A stretch of DNA of 54,465 nucleotides from NCBI GenBank assembly GCA_005798285.1, contig SYKE01000199.1, positions 1 to 54,465 on the forward strand. Reading direction: 5' to 3'. Origin of the DNA: Actinomycetota bacterium (GTDB lineage Bacteria > Armatimonadota > SYMT01). The translations under genes and the position numbers were made by a program. The notes beneath the pieces are model-generated. The model saw only the letters and a list, made by a program, of their open reading frames with translations, ran no database searches and had not been told where the DNA came from. Below are positions 1 to 9,687 of this stretch, piece after piece. Within the stretch, counting starts at the first letter, position 1, and each line of letters opens with the position of its first letter.

Positions 1-383
1 AGGCGTTCGCCGAGCGGCTGCACCTCGAGGCCCGGCGTGATTGGGGCTACGGCGTCAACGAAGCGCTGAACCACGACGAATTGCTTCGGGAAGCGTACCG
101 GGGAATTCGCCCAGCCGCCGGCTATCCGGCCAGTCCGGATCACACGGAAAAGTGGACTCTGTTCAGCCTGCTCGGCGCGGAGCAGGCGGCTGGAATGAGC
201 CTGACCGAGCACCTGGCCATGCTGCCCGCCGCATCCGTCTCCGGACTTTACTTCTCGCATCCCGAATCGCGCTACTTCGCCGTCGGCCGGATCGGCCGCG
301 ATCAACTGGCGGACTACGCAAAGCGAAAGTCGATGACGATGGACGAGATGGAGCGCTGGCTGTCGCCGAATCTGGACGAGTGA
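1..383 (+). CDS. metH: Cobalamin-dependent methionine synthase, C-terminal fragment (5' end outside the window)
   Basis: The frame-3 ORF is open from the window edge to TGA at 381-383. The translation ([17 protein letters not shown]...[24 protein letters not shown]...[25 protein letters not shown]) matches the conserved AdoMet-binding reactivation domain at the MetH C-terminus. Confidence 0.9.
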   Translation, partial: AFAERLHLEARRDWGYGVNEALNHDELLREAYRGIRPAAGYPASPDHTEKWTLFSLLGAEQAAGMSLTEHLAMLPAASVSGLYFSHPESRYFAVGRIGRDQLADYAKRKSMTMDEMERWLSPNLDE

Positions 384-386
384 TCC

Positions 387-409
387 CCGCCCCGGGATCC
401 CCGGGGCGG
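387..409 (+). terminator. GC-rich hairpin just after the metH stop
   Basis: ccgccccggg (387-396) pairs perfectly with cccggggcgg (400-409) around a 3-nt loop. It starts 4 nt after the stop. No clear T-run follows. Confidence 0.4.
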
Positions 410-568
410 CTCATAGAATTCACAAGAACGGTTAAAGAAGCGAAAGCAGGGAAGGGGAGCGGCTGCTTCCAATGAAACCCTGTGTCCTTCCGGGCGTCTT
501 ACCCGGCAGCGGCTTTTGCGTCGTCCGGCCCCACCTCTCCCCGATCCTGCTGTTCCGGACCAAACCCT

Positions 569-1762
569 ATGGCAATCCTGAATCGTCGGTTGTGTCTTCA
601 AACTCTCGCCGCGGGCGCTTTTCCCGGAGCGGCGTCTGCGCTTGACTGGTCGCAGTGGCGCGGACCTGCCCGCAACGGCATTTCCTCGGAGACGGGTTGG
701 AAGGCTGCCTGGGGCGCCGGCGGGCCGCCGAAGCTCTGGTCGGCTCAGGTGGGCGAGGGGTGGTCGGCTCCGGCGGTCGCGGGCAATCGCCTCTACACCA
801 TGGGCAACCAGGGCAATCAGGACACGGTTTATTGCCTGGACGCCGATACGGGTCGGGTGGTGTGGAAGCAATCCTACCCCTGCTCTGCGGGGGATTACGG
901 CGGTCCCCGATCGAGCCCGGTTCTGGAGGGCTGCCGCGTTTACACTCTATCGCGCGAGGGGTTCGCCGGCTGCCTGGATGCCGCGGGTGGGCGAGTGCTC
1001 TGGTCGCGTCATTTGCAGCGGGAAGCCAGGGCCGAAATACCGCGGTGGGGTTTCGCCGGTTCACCGCTGGTGCTGGGCAACCAGGTGCTCTACAACGTCG
1101 GCACGGCAGGCATTTCCCTGGCGAAGGCGAACGGCGAGGTACAGTGGATCTCCGGTCCGCGGGCTGCGGGCTACGCCTCGCCCGTGCCCTTTACGGCCGC
1201 CGGTAAGAGCGGCGTGGCGCTCTTCGTGGCGTTCGGCATCGTCGCGATCGAGCCCGCCACCGGGAAGCCGCTCTGGCAGCATCCCTGGGAAACGTCCTAC
1301 GACGTGAACGCCGCGGATCCTGTTTTCAGCGGGGACAGCGTGTTCATCACCTCGGGCTACAATCGAGGCGGAGCCCTTCTGCGACTGTCCGGCGGACGAC
1401 CGCAGGTGGTGTGGGAGAATAAGAACATCCGATCGCACTTCGCGAGTCCCGTTCTCCTGGGCGAAGGGATCTACGGCAACGACGACGGTCGTCTCACCTG
1501 TTTGAATGTGAAGAGCGGCAACCGCTCCTGGGAGATGCGAGGCATCGGCAAGGGCGGTTTGATGGCGGCGGGCGGCAAACTGCTGGTGCTCACGGAGCGC
1601 GGAGAGCTGGTGGCCGCAGAAGCGAGAACCGACCGCTATGTCGAACTGGCCCGGGGTCAGGTGCTTCGAGGAACCTGCTGGACCCATCCCGTACTGGCAA
1701 ACGGCCGCGTCTACTGCCGAAGCCATGAGGGTGAACTGGTCTGCTTGAACGTGAAGGGATAG
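569..1762 (+). CDS. Exported PQQ-like (BamB-type) beta-propeller repeat protein
   Basis: ATG at 569 gives MAILNRRLCLQTLAAGAFPGAASA, a signal peptide with a possible twin-arginine motif. DWSQWRGPARNGIS follows, then repeated propeller blades (LYTMGNQG..VYCLDADTGRVVW, VYTLSREGFAGCLDAAGGRVLW, VYCRSHEGELVCL). The ORF track start at 482 adds an implausible leader. Confidence 0.8.
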   Translation: MAILNRRLCLQTLAAGAFPGAASALDWSQWRGPARNGISSETGWKAAWGAGGPPKLWSAQVGEGWSAPAVAGNRLYTMGNQGNQDTVYCLDADTGRVVWKQSYPCSAGDYGGPRSSPVLEGCRVYTLSREGFAGCLDAAGGRVLWSRHLQREARAEIPRWGFAGSPLVLGNQVLYNVGTAGISLAKANGEVQWISGPRAAGYASPVPFTAAGKSGVALFVAFGIVAIEPATGKPLWQHPWETSYDVNAADPVFSGDSVFITSGYNRGGALLRLSGGRPQVVWENKNIRSHFASPVLLGEGIYGNDDGRLTCLNVKSGNRSWEMRGIGKGGLMAAGGKLLVLTERGELVAAEARTDRYVELARGQVLRGTCWTHPVLANGRVYCRSHEGELVCLNVKG

Positions 1763-1877
1763 CCAGGGCCCGGCGAACCGGGCGGAGATCCCTTTCGGTT
1801 TATCTGTCGAGTTGAGGCCGGATTGCAGCGATCATCTCCGATCTGCTGAACCCGTGCGATAGGGAAGGATTGAAAGC

Positions 1878-4202
1878 ATGCGTGGAAGCCTGATCCTGGG
1901 CCTGGCCGGCGCCTTGTTGGCGACCGCCGGCGTGGCGGCCCCGGTGCAGCGCGCCAAATCGGCGGCGGCCAGGCCGGCGGCAAAAGCAGCGGCCGTTACC
2001 GGATGGTTGAGTTGGCGAGGGCCCGACCAGACCGGCGTCTCCCACGAGACCGGACTGGTGGATACCTGGAAGCTCGGCGGAGCGAATGATCTCTGGAGTT
2101 ACAAGCTGGCCAGTGGGGGGACCCCTGTGCTCGCGAACGGGAAACTGTTCGTGCTGGGCTACGAAGGCGAGGGACCGAACCTGCAGGAAGTCTTCGTCTG
2201 CCTGGATGCGAATACCGGCAAGAAGCTCTGGGAGCGCCGCTACAACGACTACCTCAGCGACGTCGTTTACGATCGCTACGCCATTGGTTACCCCGCCGTC
2301 GATCCGGCCACCGGCAACGTCATCGTACTCACCGCCGCCGGCTACTTCTCCTGCTACACCCCCGCCGGGAAGCTCCTCTGGGAACATCCCATGATGGAAG
2401 AGTTCGGGAAGCTGACGTTCCCGAATGGTCGCACCGGGGGCCCGATCGTAGACGGAAATCTGGTGATTGTCCGCGGCATCACGTCCAACTGGGGAGGTGA
2501 GGGGCCGGCATCCGATCGCTTCTACGCCTTCGACACCGCCAGCGGCAAGCTCGTCTGGTCGTCCACTCCGGGCGGCCCTCCCAAGGACAACTCCTTCGCA
2601 AGACCGTTTCTCGGATGGCGCAATGGCAAGCGCGTCTTTTACACCGGCACCGGCGATGGCCAGGTGTCGTGCGTGAATGCCCGCACCGGAGAGCCGATCT
2701 TCCGGTTCCCGCTCTCCGCGGGCGGCATCAACTCCTCCGTGGTGCTCTACAAGAACCTCGCCATCGCCATCCACAACGACGAGAACCTGGATACCTCGGA
2801 AATCGGCCGAATGGTTGCGGTGAAGGTGGACACGGAGCCCAAGGCGCCGGTCGCCGGAGTTCCCGGCGCGCCGGAGATGCCCGCCACGGCGGAAGCCTGG
2901 CGCAACGAGCTGGGCACTGTCTCGAGTTCGCCGCTCCTCGTGGGCAACCGCATCTATCAGGCGAGCCACACCGGACAGCTCTGCTGCGTCGATGCGGACA
3001 CCGGAAAAATCCTCTGGCGCCACAAGCTGGCTCCGGATCAGCTCCATGCCTCGCCGCTCTACGCCGACGGCAAGATCTACATCCCGATGCAGAACGGCCT
3101 GTTCTACATTCTCAAGCCGGGCGAGACCGACTGCAAGGAACTGTGCAAGGTTCAACTTGCGGGCCGTTGTCTCGGACAGCCCATCGTGTGGGGCGGCAAG
3201 TTCTATGTCACCTCCACCGAGCGGATTTACTGCTTTGGCAACAAGGCGGGCGGCAAGCCGGCCGTCTGGCCGAAGGAGCCTGCTATGAAGCCGGGCGAAC
3301 CGGTGGCGCTCCAGATCGTCCCCGCCGAGGTGCTGCTTCGACCGGGTTCGAAGGCCACCTTCGAGATCCGTGGGATCGACGCCAACGGCCTGGTGACCGG
3401 CACCTATCCCGCCAATCAGGCGGCGTGGGCGAAGTACATCCCGCCGACCGCCCGGGTTCGCGCGGAGATGAGCGGATCGTTCAACGCGGCGGGTGAACTC
3501 GTCGCCGATGCGGCAATCAAGCCGTCGGCCGGCGCCTTCCAGGCCACCATCGGCAACTTGAAAGGCACCATCCGGGGCCGCGTGCTCCCCGATCTTCCCT
3601 TCAAAGAAGATTTCGAGGGCTACAACATCTCGGAAACACACGCCACCGAAGCCGATACCAAATTCGCCTACCCACCGCTGCCCTGGATCGGCGCCCGCTT
3701 CAAGTTTGAAGTTCGCGAGCACCAGGGGACCAAGGTTCTGGCGAAGACCCTCGACAACATCTTCTTCCAGCGAGCCACGGTGTTCTTCGGTCGACCGGAA
3801 AGCTCCAACTACACCGTCGAAGCCGATGTGATGTCCGACGGGAACCGCCGCACCATGTCTACGGTCGGACTCATCAATCAGCGCTACCTGATTTCGATGG
3901 TCGGCAACGCCCAGACGCTTCAGGTGACGTCGAACGAAGAACGGATCAAGGAAGGCGTGCCGTTCAAGTGGGAAACGAAGACCTGGTACCGGCTGAAGAC
4001 TCGCGTGGACGTTGCTGCAGACGGCTCCGGTGTGGTGCGGGCCAAGGCGTGGAAGCGTGGCGAGCCTGAACCCGCCGCGTGGAATCTGGAAGTCAAACAC
4101 CGCCAGGCCCACACGATGGGGTCCCCCGGCTTGTTCGGCTTCTCGCCGCAGAGCCTCTTCCGCGTGTATGTCGACAATCTGGCGGTGACGCCGAACTCCT
4201 GA
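1878..4202 (+). CDS. Exported PQQ-like beta-propeller protein with an Ig-like module and a C-terminal lectin/DUF1080-like module
   Basis: ATG at 1878 is preceded by AAGGA (1865-1869). Signal peptide MRGSLILGLAGALLATAGVAA. WLSWRGPDQTGVSHETG plus propeller blades (FVCLDANTGKKLW, VSCVNARTGEPIF, LCCVDADTGKILW). An Ig-like stretch (LQIVPAEVLLRPGSKATFEIRGIDANG) follows, then a C-terminal beta-sandwich-like tail ending FRVYVDNLAVTPN. Confidence 0.8.
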   Translation: MRGSLILGLAGALLATAGVAAPVQRAKSAAARPAAKAAAVTGWLSWRGPDQTGVSHETGLVDTWKLGGANDLWSYKLASGGTPVLANGKLFVLGYEGEGPNLQEVFVCLDANTGKKLWERRYNDYLSDVVYDRYAIGYPAVDPATGNVIVLTAAGYFSCYTPAGKLLWEHPMMEEFGKLTFPNGRTGGPIVDGNLVIVRGITSNWGGEGPASDRFYAFDTASGKLVWSSTPGGPPKDNSFARPFLGWRNGKRVFYTGTGDGQVSCVNARTGEPIFRFPLSAGGINSSVVLYKNLAIAIHNDENLDTSEIGRMVAVKVDTEPKAPVAGVPGAPEMPATAEAWRNELGTVSSSPLLVGNRIYQASHTGQLCCVDADTGKILWRHKLAPDQLHASPLYADGKIYIPMQNGLFYILKPGETDCKELCKVQLAGRCLGQPIVWGGKFYVTSTERIYCFGNKAGGKPAVWPKEPAMKPGEPVALQIVPAEVLLRPGSKATFEIRGIDANGLVTGTYPANQAAWAKYIPPTARVRAEMSGSFNAAGELVADAAIKPSAGAFQATIGNLKGTIRGRVLPDLPFKEDFEGYNISETHATEADTKFAYPPLPWIGARFKFEVREHQGTKVLAKTLDNIFFQRATVFFGRPESSNYTVEADVMSDGNRRTMSTVGLINQRYLISMVGNAQTLQVTSNEERIKEGVPFKWETKTWYRLKTRVDVAADGSGVVRAKAWKRGEPEPAAWNLEVKHRQAHTMGSPGLFGFSPQSLFRVYVDNLAVTPNS

Positions 4203-4278
4203 CACAGGCGCTCTCTCGAGCGTGGAATCAACTGAACGGCCGCGAGTCCGATTGCAGCCGGGCAGGATGGGGATCACT

Positions 4279-5823
4279 ATGAATCGAATGCGTTTTACCC
4301 GGTTGCTGGGACTGCTCGCGGTGGGTCTCACCCCCGTTGTGGCCGGCGCTGCCGACTGGCCGATGTGGGGCCTCAACTACTCGCGGAATATGGTGTCGGA
4401 TGAAACCGGCATTCTCTCAACCTGGGACCCGGGCAAGTTCAAGGGCAACACGGAAGAGATCGACGAGGCGACCACCAAGAATGTGAAGTGGGTGGTCAAG
4501 CTCGGATCGCAAACCTACGGGAATGTTGCCGTGAGCGGCGGCAAGGTCTTCGTGGGAACCAACAACGAGACCCCGCGAAACCCCGCCATTAACGGCGACC
4601 GCGGCGTGCTGATGTGCTTCGATGAGAAGACCGGCAAGTTCCTGTGGCAGCTCGCCGCGCCGAAACTCGGCACCGGCAAAGTCAGCGACTGGGAGTTCCT
4701 CGGGATCTGCTCCTCTCCCGCCGTGGAGGGTGACCGGGTCTACATCGTCAGCAATCGCTGTGAAGTGCTCTGTCTGGACGTGAACGGGCTTGCCAACGGA
4801 AACGACGGCGCCTACAAAGACGAAGCCAAGTATTCCACCGCGGTGATGAACCCGCCCCACAAGCTGGGCCCCACCGACGCCGACATCATCTGGCGCTTCG
4901 ACATGCGCGAAGAGCTGGGGGTGTTCCCGCACAACATCACCAACTGCGGCCCGCTGATCATCGGCGACCGCCTCGTGGTGACCACCTCCAACGGGGTGGA
5001 CTGGACCCACACCAACATCCCCAATCCCAAGGCCCCCGCCCTGGCGATGCTGAACAAGAACACCGGCGAATTGCTGGGTGAAGAAGCTTCGGGCGTGTCG
5101 AAGGGCACCCTCCATGCCAACTGGAGCTCTCCCACCGGCGCCAAGGTGGGCGGCAAGGACCTGATCCTCTTCGGCGGCGGAGACGGCGTGCTCTACGGCT
5201 ACGACGTGAACCCCGTGAAGGCGGACGACGGCGTGAACTTGCTGAAGGAACTCTTCCGCTACGACTGCAACCCGCCGAAGTATCGCGCGAAGGACGGCAA
5301 GCCGCTTAAGTACGCGACCTACGACGGCCCGAGCGAAGTCATCGCCACGCCGGTCTTTTACAAGGATCGCGTGTTTGTCTCCGTCGGTCAGGACCCGGAG
5401 CATGGCGAAGGTCTGGGCCAGCTTTCCTGCGTGGATCCGTCGAAGACCGGCGATCTGGCGAAGGGCGGCGTGATCTGGACCTACGACAAGATCCACCGCT
5501 CGCTCAGCACTCCCGCCATCAAGGATGACGTGATTTACGTCGGCGACTTCAGCGGCTTCGTCCACTGCATCGACGCGAACACCGGCAAGCCCTATTGGGT
5601 GTTCGATACCAAGAGCCACATCTGGGGCTCGGCGCTGGTTGTCGACGGCAAGGTCTACGTCGGCACCGAGGACGGTGACGTCGTCATCCTCGCGGCGAGC
5701 AAGACCCTCAAGGAACTGGGCCGCGTCGACATGCGCGCGCCGGTCTATTCCTCCCCCGTGGTTGCGAATGGAACGCTCTACATCTCCACTCCGACCCACC
5801 TCTACGCGCTCGGGACCAAGTAG
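4279..5823 (+). CDS. Exported PQQ-like beta-propeller repeat protein
   Basis: ATG at 4279 gives MNRMRFTRLLGLLAVGLTPVVAGAADWPMWG, a signal peptide followed by the family N-terminal motif. Blades include LMCFDEKTGKFLW, VLCLDVNG and VHCIDANTGKPYW. Confidence 0.8.
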   Translation: MNRMRFTRLLGLLAVGLTPVVAGAADWPMWGLNYSRNMVSDETGILSTWDPGKFKGNTEEIDEATTKNVKWVVKLGSQTYGNVAVSGGKVFVGTNNETPRNPAINGDRGVLMCFDEKTGKFLWQLAAPKLGTGKVSDWEFLGICSSPAVEGDRVYIVSNRCEVLCLDVNGLANGNDGAYKDEAKYSTAVMNPPHKLGPTDADIIWRFDMREELGVFPHNITNCGPLIIGDRLVVTTSNGVDWTHTNIPNPKAPALAMLNKNTGELLGEEASGVSKGTLHANWSSPTGAKVGGKDLILFGGGDGVLYGYDVNPVKADDGVNLLKELFRYDCNPPKYRAKDGKPLKYATYDGPSEVIATPVFYKDRVFVSVGQDPEHGEGLGQLSCVDPSKTGDLAKGGVIWTYDKIHRSLSTPAIKDDVIYVGDFSGFVHCIDANTGKPYWVFDTKSHIWGSALVVDGKVYVGTEDGDVVILAASKTLKELGRVDMRAPVYSSPVVANGTLYISTPTHLYALGTK

Positions 5824-5839
5824 TCGCGGCTCGGCCCAA

Positions 5840-5877
5840 CCGCCGGCTTCGGAGCATCGAAGCCGGCGGCCCCTTTT
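5840..5877 (+). terminator. Intrinsic-terminator-like hairpin with a short T-run
   Basis: ccgccggcttcg (5840-5851) pairs perfectly with cgaagccggcgg (5858-5869) around a 6-nt loop. The hairpin is followed by ccccTTTT (T-run 5874-5877). It starts 17 nt after the stop of the preceding propeller gene. Confidence 0.55.
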
Positions 5878-5886
5878 CCACACACC

Positions 5887-6972
5887 ATGAGTTCATCCAA
5901 CCGTCTCAATCTGACCCCCGCTCAGGCCCAGGAGGCCCTCGACGCCCACGTTCGAGAAATCGTTCAGTGGCACTTCTCGCCCGAAACGGGCAGCCCGTTC
6001 TGGTTGGACTGGGTAAAGCAAGCCGGTTGGGATCCCACCACGGAGATTCAGGGCTACGCGGACCTCGTCAAGTTCCCCCACTTTCAGGACGAGTGGCTCC
6101 GAGATGAGTTGAACGAGCGCTGGGTGCCGCGCGCCTATGTGGGTCGCCCGTACTACGTGTTCGAAACGGGCGGCACCACCGGGATGCCGAAGCAGCGCAT
6201 CGGCTGGGAAGACCAGTTCCGGGATTACGAGGAGTTCTCCGAGACCCTCGACGACGAACACTTCCCCCGGGGCGGAAACTGGCTGATGCTGGGACCCACC
6301 GGTCCCCGACGGCTCCGACTGTGCATCGAACATCTGGCTCACGTGCGGGGCGGGGTCTGCTACCACGTCGATCTGGACCCCCGGTGGGTCAAGCGGCTGA
6401 TCGCCGACAAAGAGTTCGCCATGGCGAACAAGTACAAGGATCATGCCGTGGAGCAGGGCGCCACTCTGCTGAAGAACCGCAAGATCAGTTGCCTCTTCAC
6501 CACCCCCAAGCTGTTGGAAGCGCTCGACGAGAAGATCAACGTGCCGGATGCCGGCATCAAGGGCGTGTTCTGCGGGGGCACTCAGATGACGCCGCAAAAC
6601 GTACGGTTCCTCGTCGAAGAAGTGCTCGACAACCGCGCGCAGTTCGTCCCGACCTACGGCAATACGCTGATGGGTTTGGCCTGCAGCCGGCCGCTGAGTC
6701 CCGACGACAACTGGAGCATCACCTACTACGCGCCGCAGCCGCGCGCCGTCTTGCGGGTGGTCGATCCGGACAATACCACCGAGACCGTCGGCTACGGAGA
6801 CTGGGGCCGGGTGGAGCTCACCACTTTGACGAAGGAGTTCTTCATGCCGCGGTTCCTGGAGCGCGATGAGGCGGTTCGTCGGGAGCCGTGGGGTCCGTAC
6901 GGCTGGGATGGCGTGGGCGAAGTCCGTCCGTTCGGAGCCATGCAGTCGACCACCATCGAAGGCGTGTATTAG
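5887..6972 (+). CDS. Adenylate-forming enzyme, LuxE (acyl-protein synthetase) / PaaK / F390-synthetase-like
   Basis: 361 aa with no signal peptide. YYVFETGGTTGMPKQRIG resembles the ANL-superfamily phosphate-binding loop (SSGTTGxPK). VFCGGTQMTPQNV and TYGNT resemble later ANL core motifs. The size is closer to LuxE (about 370 aa) than to full-length acyl-CoA ligases. The subfamily assignment is tentative. Confidence 0.65.
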   Translation: MSSSNRLNLTPAQAQEALDAHVREIVQWHFSPETGSPFWLDWVKQAGWDPTTEIQGYADLVKFPHFQDEWLRDELNERWVPRAYVGRPYYVFETGGTTGMPKQRIGWEDQFRDYEEFSETLDDEHFPRGGNWLMLGPTGPRRLRLCIEHLAHVRGGVCYHVDLDPRWVKRLIADKEFAMANKYKDHAVEQGATLLKNRKISCLFTTPKLLEALDEKINVPDAGIKGVFCGGTQMTPQNVRFLVEEVLDNRAQFVPTYGNTLMGLACSRPLSPDDNWSITYYAPQPRAVLRVVDPDNTTETVGYGDWGRVELTTLTKEFFMPRFLERDEAVRREPWGPYGWDGVGEVRPFGAMQSTTIEGVY

Positions 6973-7015
6973 TCGATCCGCTCGGCGAAGAGCTGGTTCG
7001 CAAGGAGAAAGATCC

Positions 7016-8254
7016 GTGCAGAAACGTTCAGGATACGCACTTTCGGCAGCGCTGCTGCTGGGCCTGCTCCGGCCCGTTGGGGCTCAGGAGTGGACCCGTT
7101 TCCGCGGACCGAACGGCTCCGGCATCAGCCAGGCCACCTCGGTTCCCGTGCAGTGGGCCGAAACCGAAGTGAACTGGAAGCTGCAGCTTCCCGGCGCCGG
7201 GCATTCCTGTCCGGTGGTGTGGAAGGATCGGATCTTTCTCACCAGCGCTGATGTGACCGCACAGAAGCGCTATGTCTTGTGCATCGGAACCAACGGCAAG
7301 GAGATCTGGCGGAAGACGCTCGATTTCCCCGTTCACAAGAAGCACAACTTCAACAGCTTCGCCTCCGCCACGCCGGCGGTGGATGCCGATGCGGTCTACG
7401 TGATGTTCAACACGCTGGACTCCTACGACATCATGGCGTTCGACCACAGTGGCAAGGAGCTCTGGAAGAAGGACCTGGGCGGATACAACGCGCAGCACTC
7501 CGGCGGCAGCTCCCCCATCGTGCTCGGGGAATCGCTGATCGTGGCCAAGGAGCCGGATGAAGGCGAGAGCTCGCTGGTGGCACTGAACCGCAAGACCGGC
7601 GCCGTCAAGTGGCAGAAGTCGCGCCCCGGGAAGAACGCGGTCTACGCCACACCCCTCGTCTACCAGGCGAAGGGCGGCAAGCCGGAGTTGATCTTCCAGA
7701 GCACTCTCTTCGGTTTCACCAGTCTGGATCCCGCCACCGGTGAGCTGAACTGGGAGCAGCAGGTTTTCAAGAATCGGGCGGTATCGTCGCCCATTCTGGC
7801 CGGCGAGCTCATCGTGGGCGCCGCGGGCCAGGGCGGCGGGGCCCGGGAACTGGCCGCCGTTCGTCCCGGTTCTCGTGGCGCCGGGGTAGAACCCAAGGTG
7901 GAGTACCACCTTCAGCGTGGGCCGTCGTATGTGCCCACCCCGCTCGCCTACAAGGACTGGATCTTCTGTTGGGGAGACGGCGGGATCGTCACCTGTCTGA
8001 ACGCCTCCACCGGAGAACAGGTGTGGCAGGAGCGAGTGGGCGGGGACTTTTTCGGCTCGCCGATCTGTGTGAACGGCAAGCTGTACGCCATCTCTACGCG
8101 CGGTGAAGTCGTGTGTATCGAGGCGGGGCCCGAGTTCAAAGTGCTGGGTCGGAGCCCTCTGGGTGAGGCCAGCCATTCCACGCCGTCGGTCGCCGATGGC
8201 GTGATGTATCTGCGCACGGAGGGTCATCTCTTCTCCGTGGGCGGGAAGAAGTAA
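7016..8254 (+). CDS. Exported PQQ-like beta-propeller repeat protein
   Basis: GTG at 7016 lies 8 nt after AAGGAG (7002-7007). It gives VQKRSGYALSAALLLGLLRPVGAQEWTRFRGPNGSGIS, a signal peptide plus the family motif. Blades include LVALNRKTGAVKW and VTCLNASTGEQVW. The ORF track start at 6866 would overlap the upstream gene by 107 nt. Confidence 0.8.
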   Translation: MQKRSGYALSAALLLGLLRPVGAQEWTRFRGPNGSGISQATSVPVQWAETEVNWKLQLPGAGHSCPVVWKDRIFLTSADVTAQKRYVLCIGTNGKEIWRKTLDFPVHKKHNFNSFASATPAVDADAVYVMFNTLDSYDIMAFDHSGKELWKKDLGGYNAQHSGGSSPIVLGESLIVAKEPDEGESSLVALNRKTGAVKWQKSRPGKNAVYATPLVYQAKGGKPELIFQSTLFGFTSLDPATGELNWEQQVFKNRAVSSPILAGELIVGAAGQGGGARELAAVRPGSRGAGVEPKVEYHLQRGPSYVPTPLAYKDWIFCWGDGGIVTCLNASTGEQVWQERVGGDFFGSPICVNGKLYAISTRGEVVCIEAGPEFKVLGRSPLGEASHSTPSVADGVMYLRTEGHLFSVGGKK

Positions 8255-9684
8255 TGACGTTGCCGCATATCCCCGTCCTTCGACGGGGCCAGGTGTACGA
8301 AAGCCTGGAAAAGGTCGAGATCAAGAGCGTTCGGACCGGTGAATCGGTGGTGGAAATCAGCCACGCGAACGCCGGCATCATCCGTCGAGACATGCGCCGC
8401 ATCGGCGATGCCCGAGCGGCCCTCCGCAAGTTCTCATGCGCCGAACTGGTGGCGATCGCGAAGAAGGCGGGCGAGCATTTCCTGCACTCCACCCTTCCGT
8501 TGGGCGATCAGACCCAATCGCCTCAGGACTACATCGAGCAGCTCAGCGCCACCAGCGGCCTGCCCCACATCCTGATCCGTCGAAACATGGGGAAGATCTA
8601 TCAGGTCTTCACCGAGATGGAGACGATCCTTCGCGGGCTCACCCGGGGCCTGGATCTCACGGTGATCGATCGTGGCAGCGGCGAGCAGCAGGGCGTGCCC
8701 GTGAGCTACTACGCGGCCACCGAGGCGCTCGGGGTGGTGCTCCCCAGCAACTCCCCGGGTGTGAACTCGCTCTGGATGCCGGCGCTCGTCATGAAGATCC
8801 CGGTGGTGTTGAAGCCGGGCCGCGAAGAGCCGTGGACGCCGTTCCGGATCATCCAGTCCTTCATCGCTGCCGGCTGTCCCGCCGACGCCTTCAGCTTCTA
8901 TCCCACCGACCATGAGGGCAGCGGCGCGGTGATGGATACCTGCGGTCGCGCGCTTATCTTCGGCGACGAGGCCACGGTCCAGCGTTATGCGGGCAATCCG
9001 GGCGTCTCGGTGCATGGCCCGGGCCGCAGCAAGGTGCTCATCGGGAACGATGAAGCGGAGAACTGGCCGCAGTATGTGGACCTGATCGCCCAATCCATCG
9101 CGGAGAACGGCGGAAGGTCGTGCGTCAATGCCTCGTGCGTCATCACTCCCCGCCATGCCGACGCGCTGGCTGACGCGCTGGCTCGACGCCTGGCCGAAAT
9201 CCGCCCCGTTCCCGCAACCGACGAATCGGCACAACTGGCGGGCTTCGCCAACCCCAAGATGGCTCAGTTCATCGACCAGGCCATCACTCAGGGACTGCAG
9301 ACCGCCGGCGCCGAGGACATCACGGCGGAGTACCGGACCGATCCGCGCATTCAGGAACTCGACGGCAGCACCTACCTGTTGCCCACGATCGTTCGCTGCA
9401 ACAACTTCAGCCATCCTCTGGCGAACCGGGAGTTCCTCTTCCCCTACGCCAGCGTGCTGGAGATCCCGCAGGACAAGATGTTGGAGCAGATCGGACCGTC
9501 CCTGGTCGTCACCGGCATCACCCACGATCCCGGCTTCTCCGACGCGCTTGTGGGCTCTCCGAACATCGATCGGTTGAACCTGGGACCCCTGCCGACCACG
9601 CGGGTCCAGTGGGACCAACCGCACGAAGGGAACCTCTTCGAGTTCCTCTATCGACGTCGGGCGATCCAGCGCGCGGGGAACTAA
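8254..9684 (+). CDS. Aldehyde-dehydrogenase-superfamily reductase, LuxC (acyl-CoA reductase)-like
   Basis: ATG at 8254 overlaps the upstream TAA (TAATG, 8252-8256). Motifs: GVVLPSNSPG...VVLKPGREEPWTP, HGPGRSK in place of the canonical ALDH ELGG, candidate catalytic Cys in ENGGRSCVNAS, and C-terminal PHEGNLFEFLY. From memory these resemble LuxC features (FGPKKS, AHDG..PLQRL). No signal peptide. Confidence 0.7.
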   Translation: MTLPHIPVLRRGQVYESLEKVEIKSVRTGESVVEISHANAGIIRRDMRRIGDARAALRKFSCAELVAIAKKAGEHFLHSTLPLGDQTQSPQDYIEQLSATSGLPHILIRRNMGKIYQVFTEMETILRGLTRGLDLTVIDRGSGEQQGVPVSYYAATEALGVVLPSNSPGVNSLWMPALVMKIPVVLKPGREEPWTPFRIIQSFIAAGCPADAFSFYPTDHEGSGAVMDTCGRALIFGDEATVQRYAGNPGVSVHGPGRSKVLIGNDEAENWPQYVDLIAQSIAENGGRSCVNASCVITPRHADALADALARRLAEIRPVPATDESAQLAGFANPKMAQFIDQAITQGLQTAGAEDITAEYRTDPRIQELDGSTYLLPTIVRCNNFSHPLANREFLFPYASVLEIPQDKMLEQIGPSLVVTGITHDPGFSDALVGSPNIDRLNLGPLPTTRVQWDQPHEGNLFEFLYRRRAIQRAGN

Positions 9685-9687
9685 ACC

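Noticed and set aside
1800-4376. An 858-aa minus-strand ORF spanning the second propeller gene.
   Set aside because: It lies antisense to a gene with clear signal peptide and propeller motifs. Its translation is Arg/Gly/Ala/Pro-rich low-complexity sequence with no recognisable motif. This is the typical stop-codon-poor antisense frame seen in high-GC DNA.
6866-7015. N-terminal extension of the fourth propeller ORF (ORF track start at 6866).
   Set aside because: It would overlap the LuxE-like gene by 107 nt and place about 50 Arg-rich residues before the signal peptide. The GTG at 7016 has a canonical AAGGAG 8 nt upstream and yields a normal signal peptide.
482-8254. Calling the four propeller proteins PQQ-dependent dehydrogenases (quinoproteins).
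   Set aside because: They show only the generic PQQ-like/BamB-type blade repeats. I could not identify quinoprotein catalytic features such as the Cys-Cys disulfide ring or Ca/lanthanide ligands. No pqq biosynthesis genes are present in the window. The label 'PQQ-like repeat' describes the fold and does not establish cofactor use.
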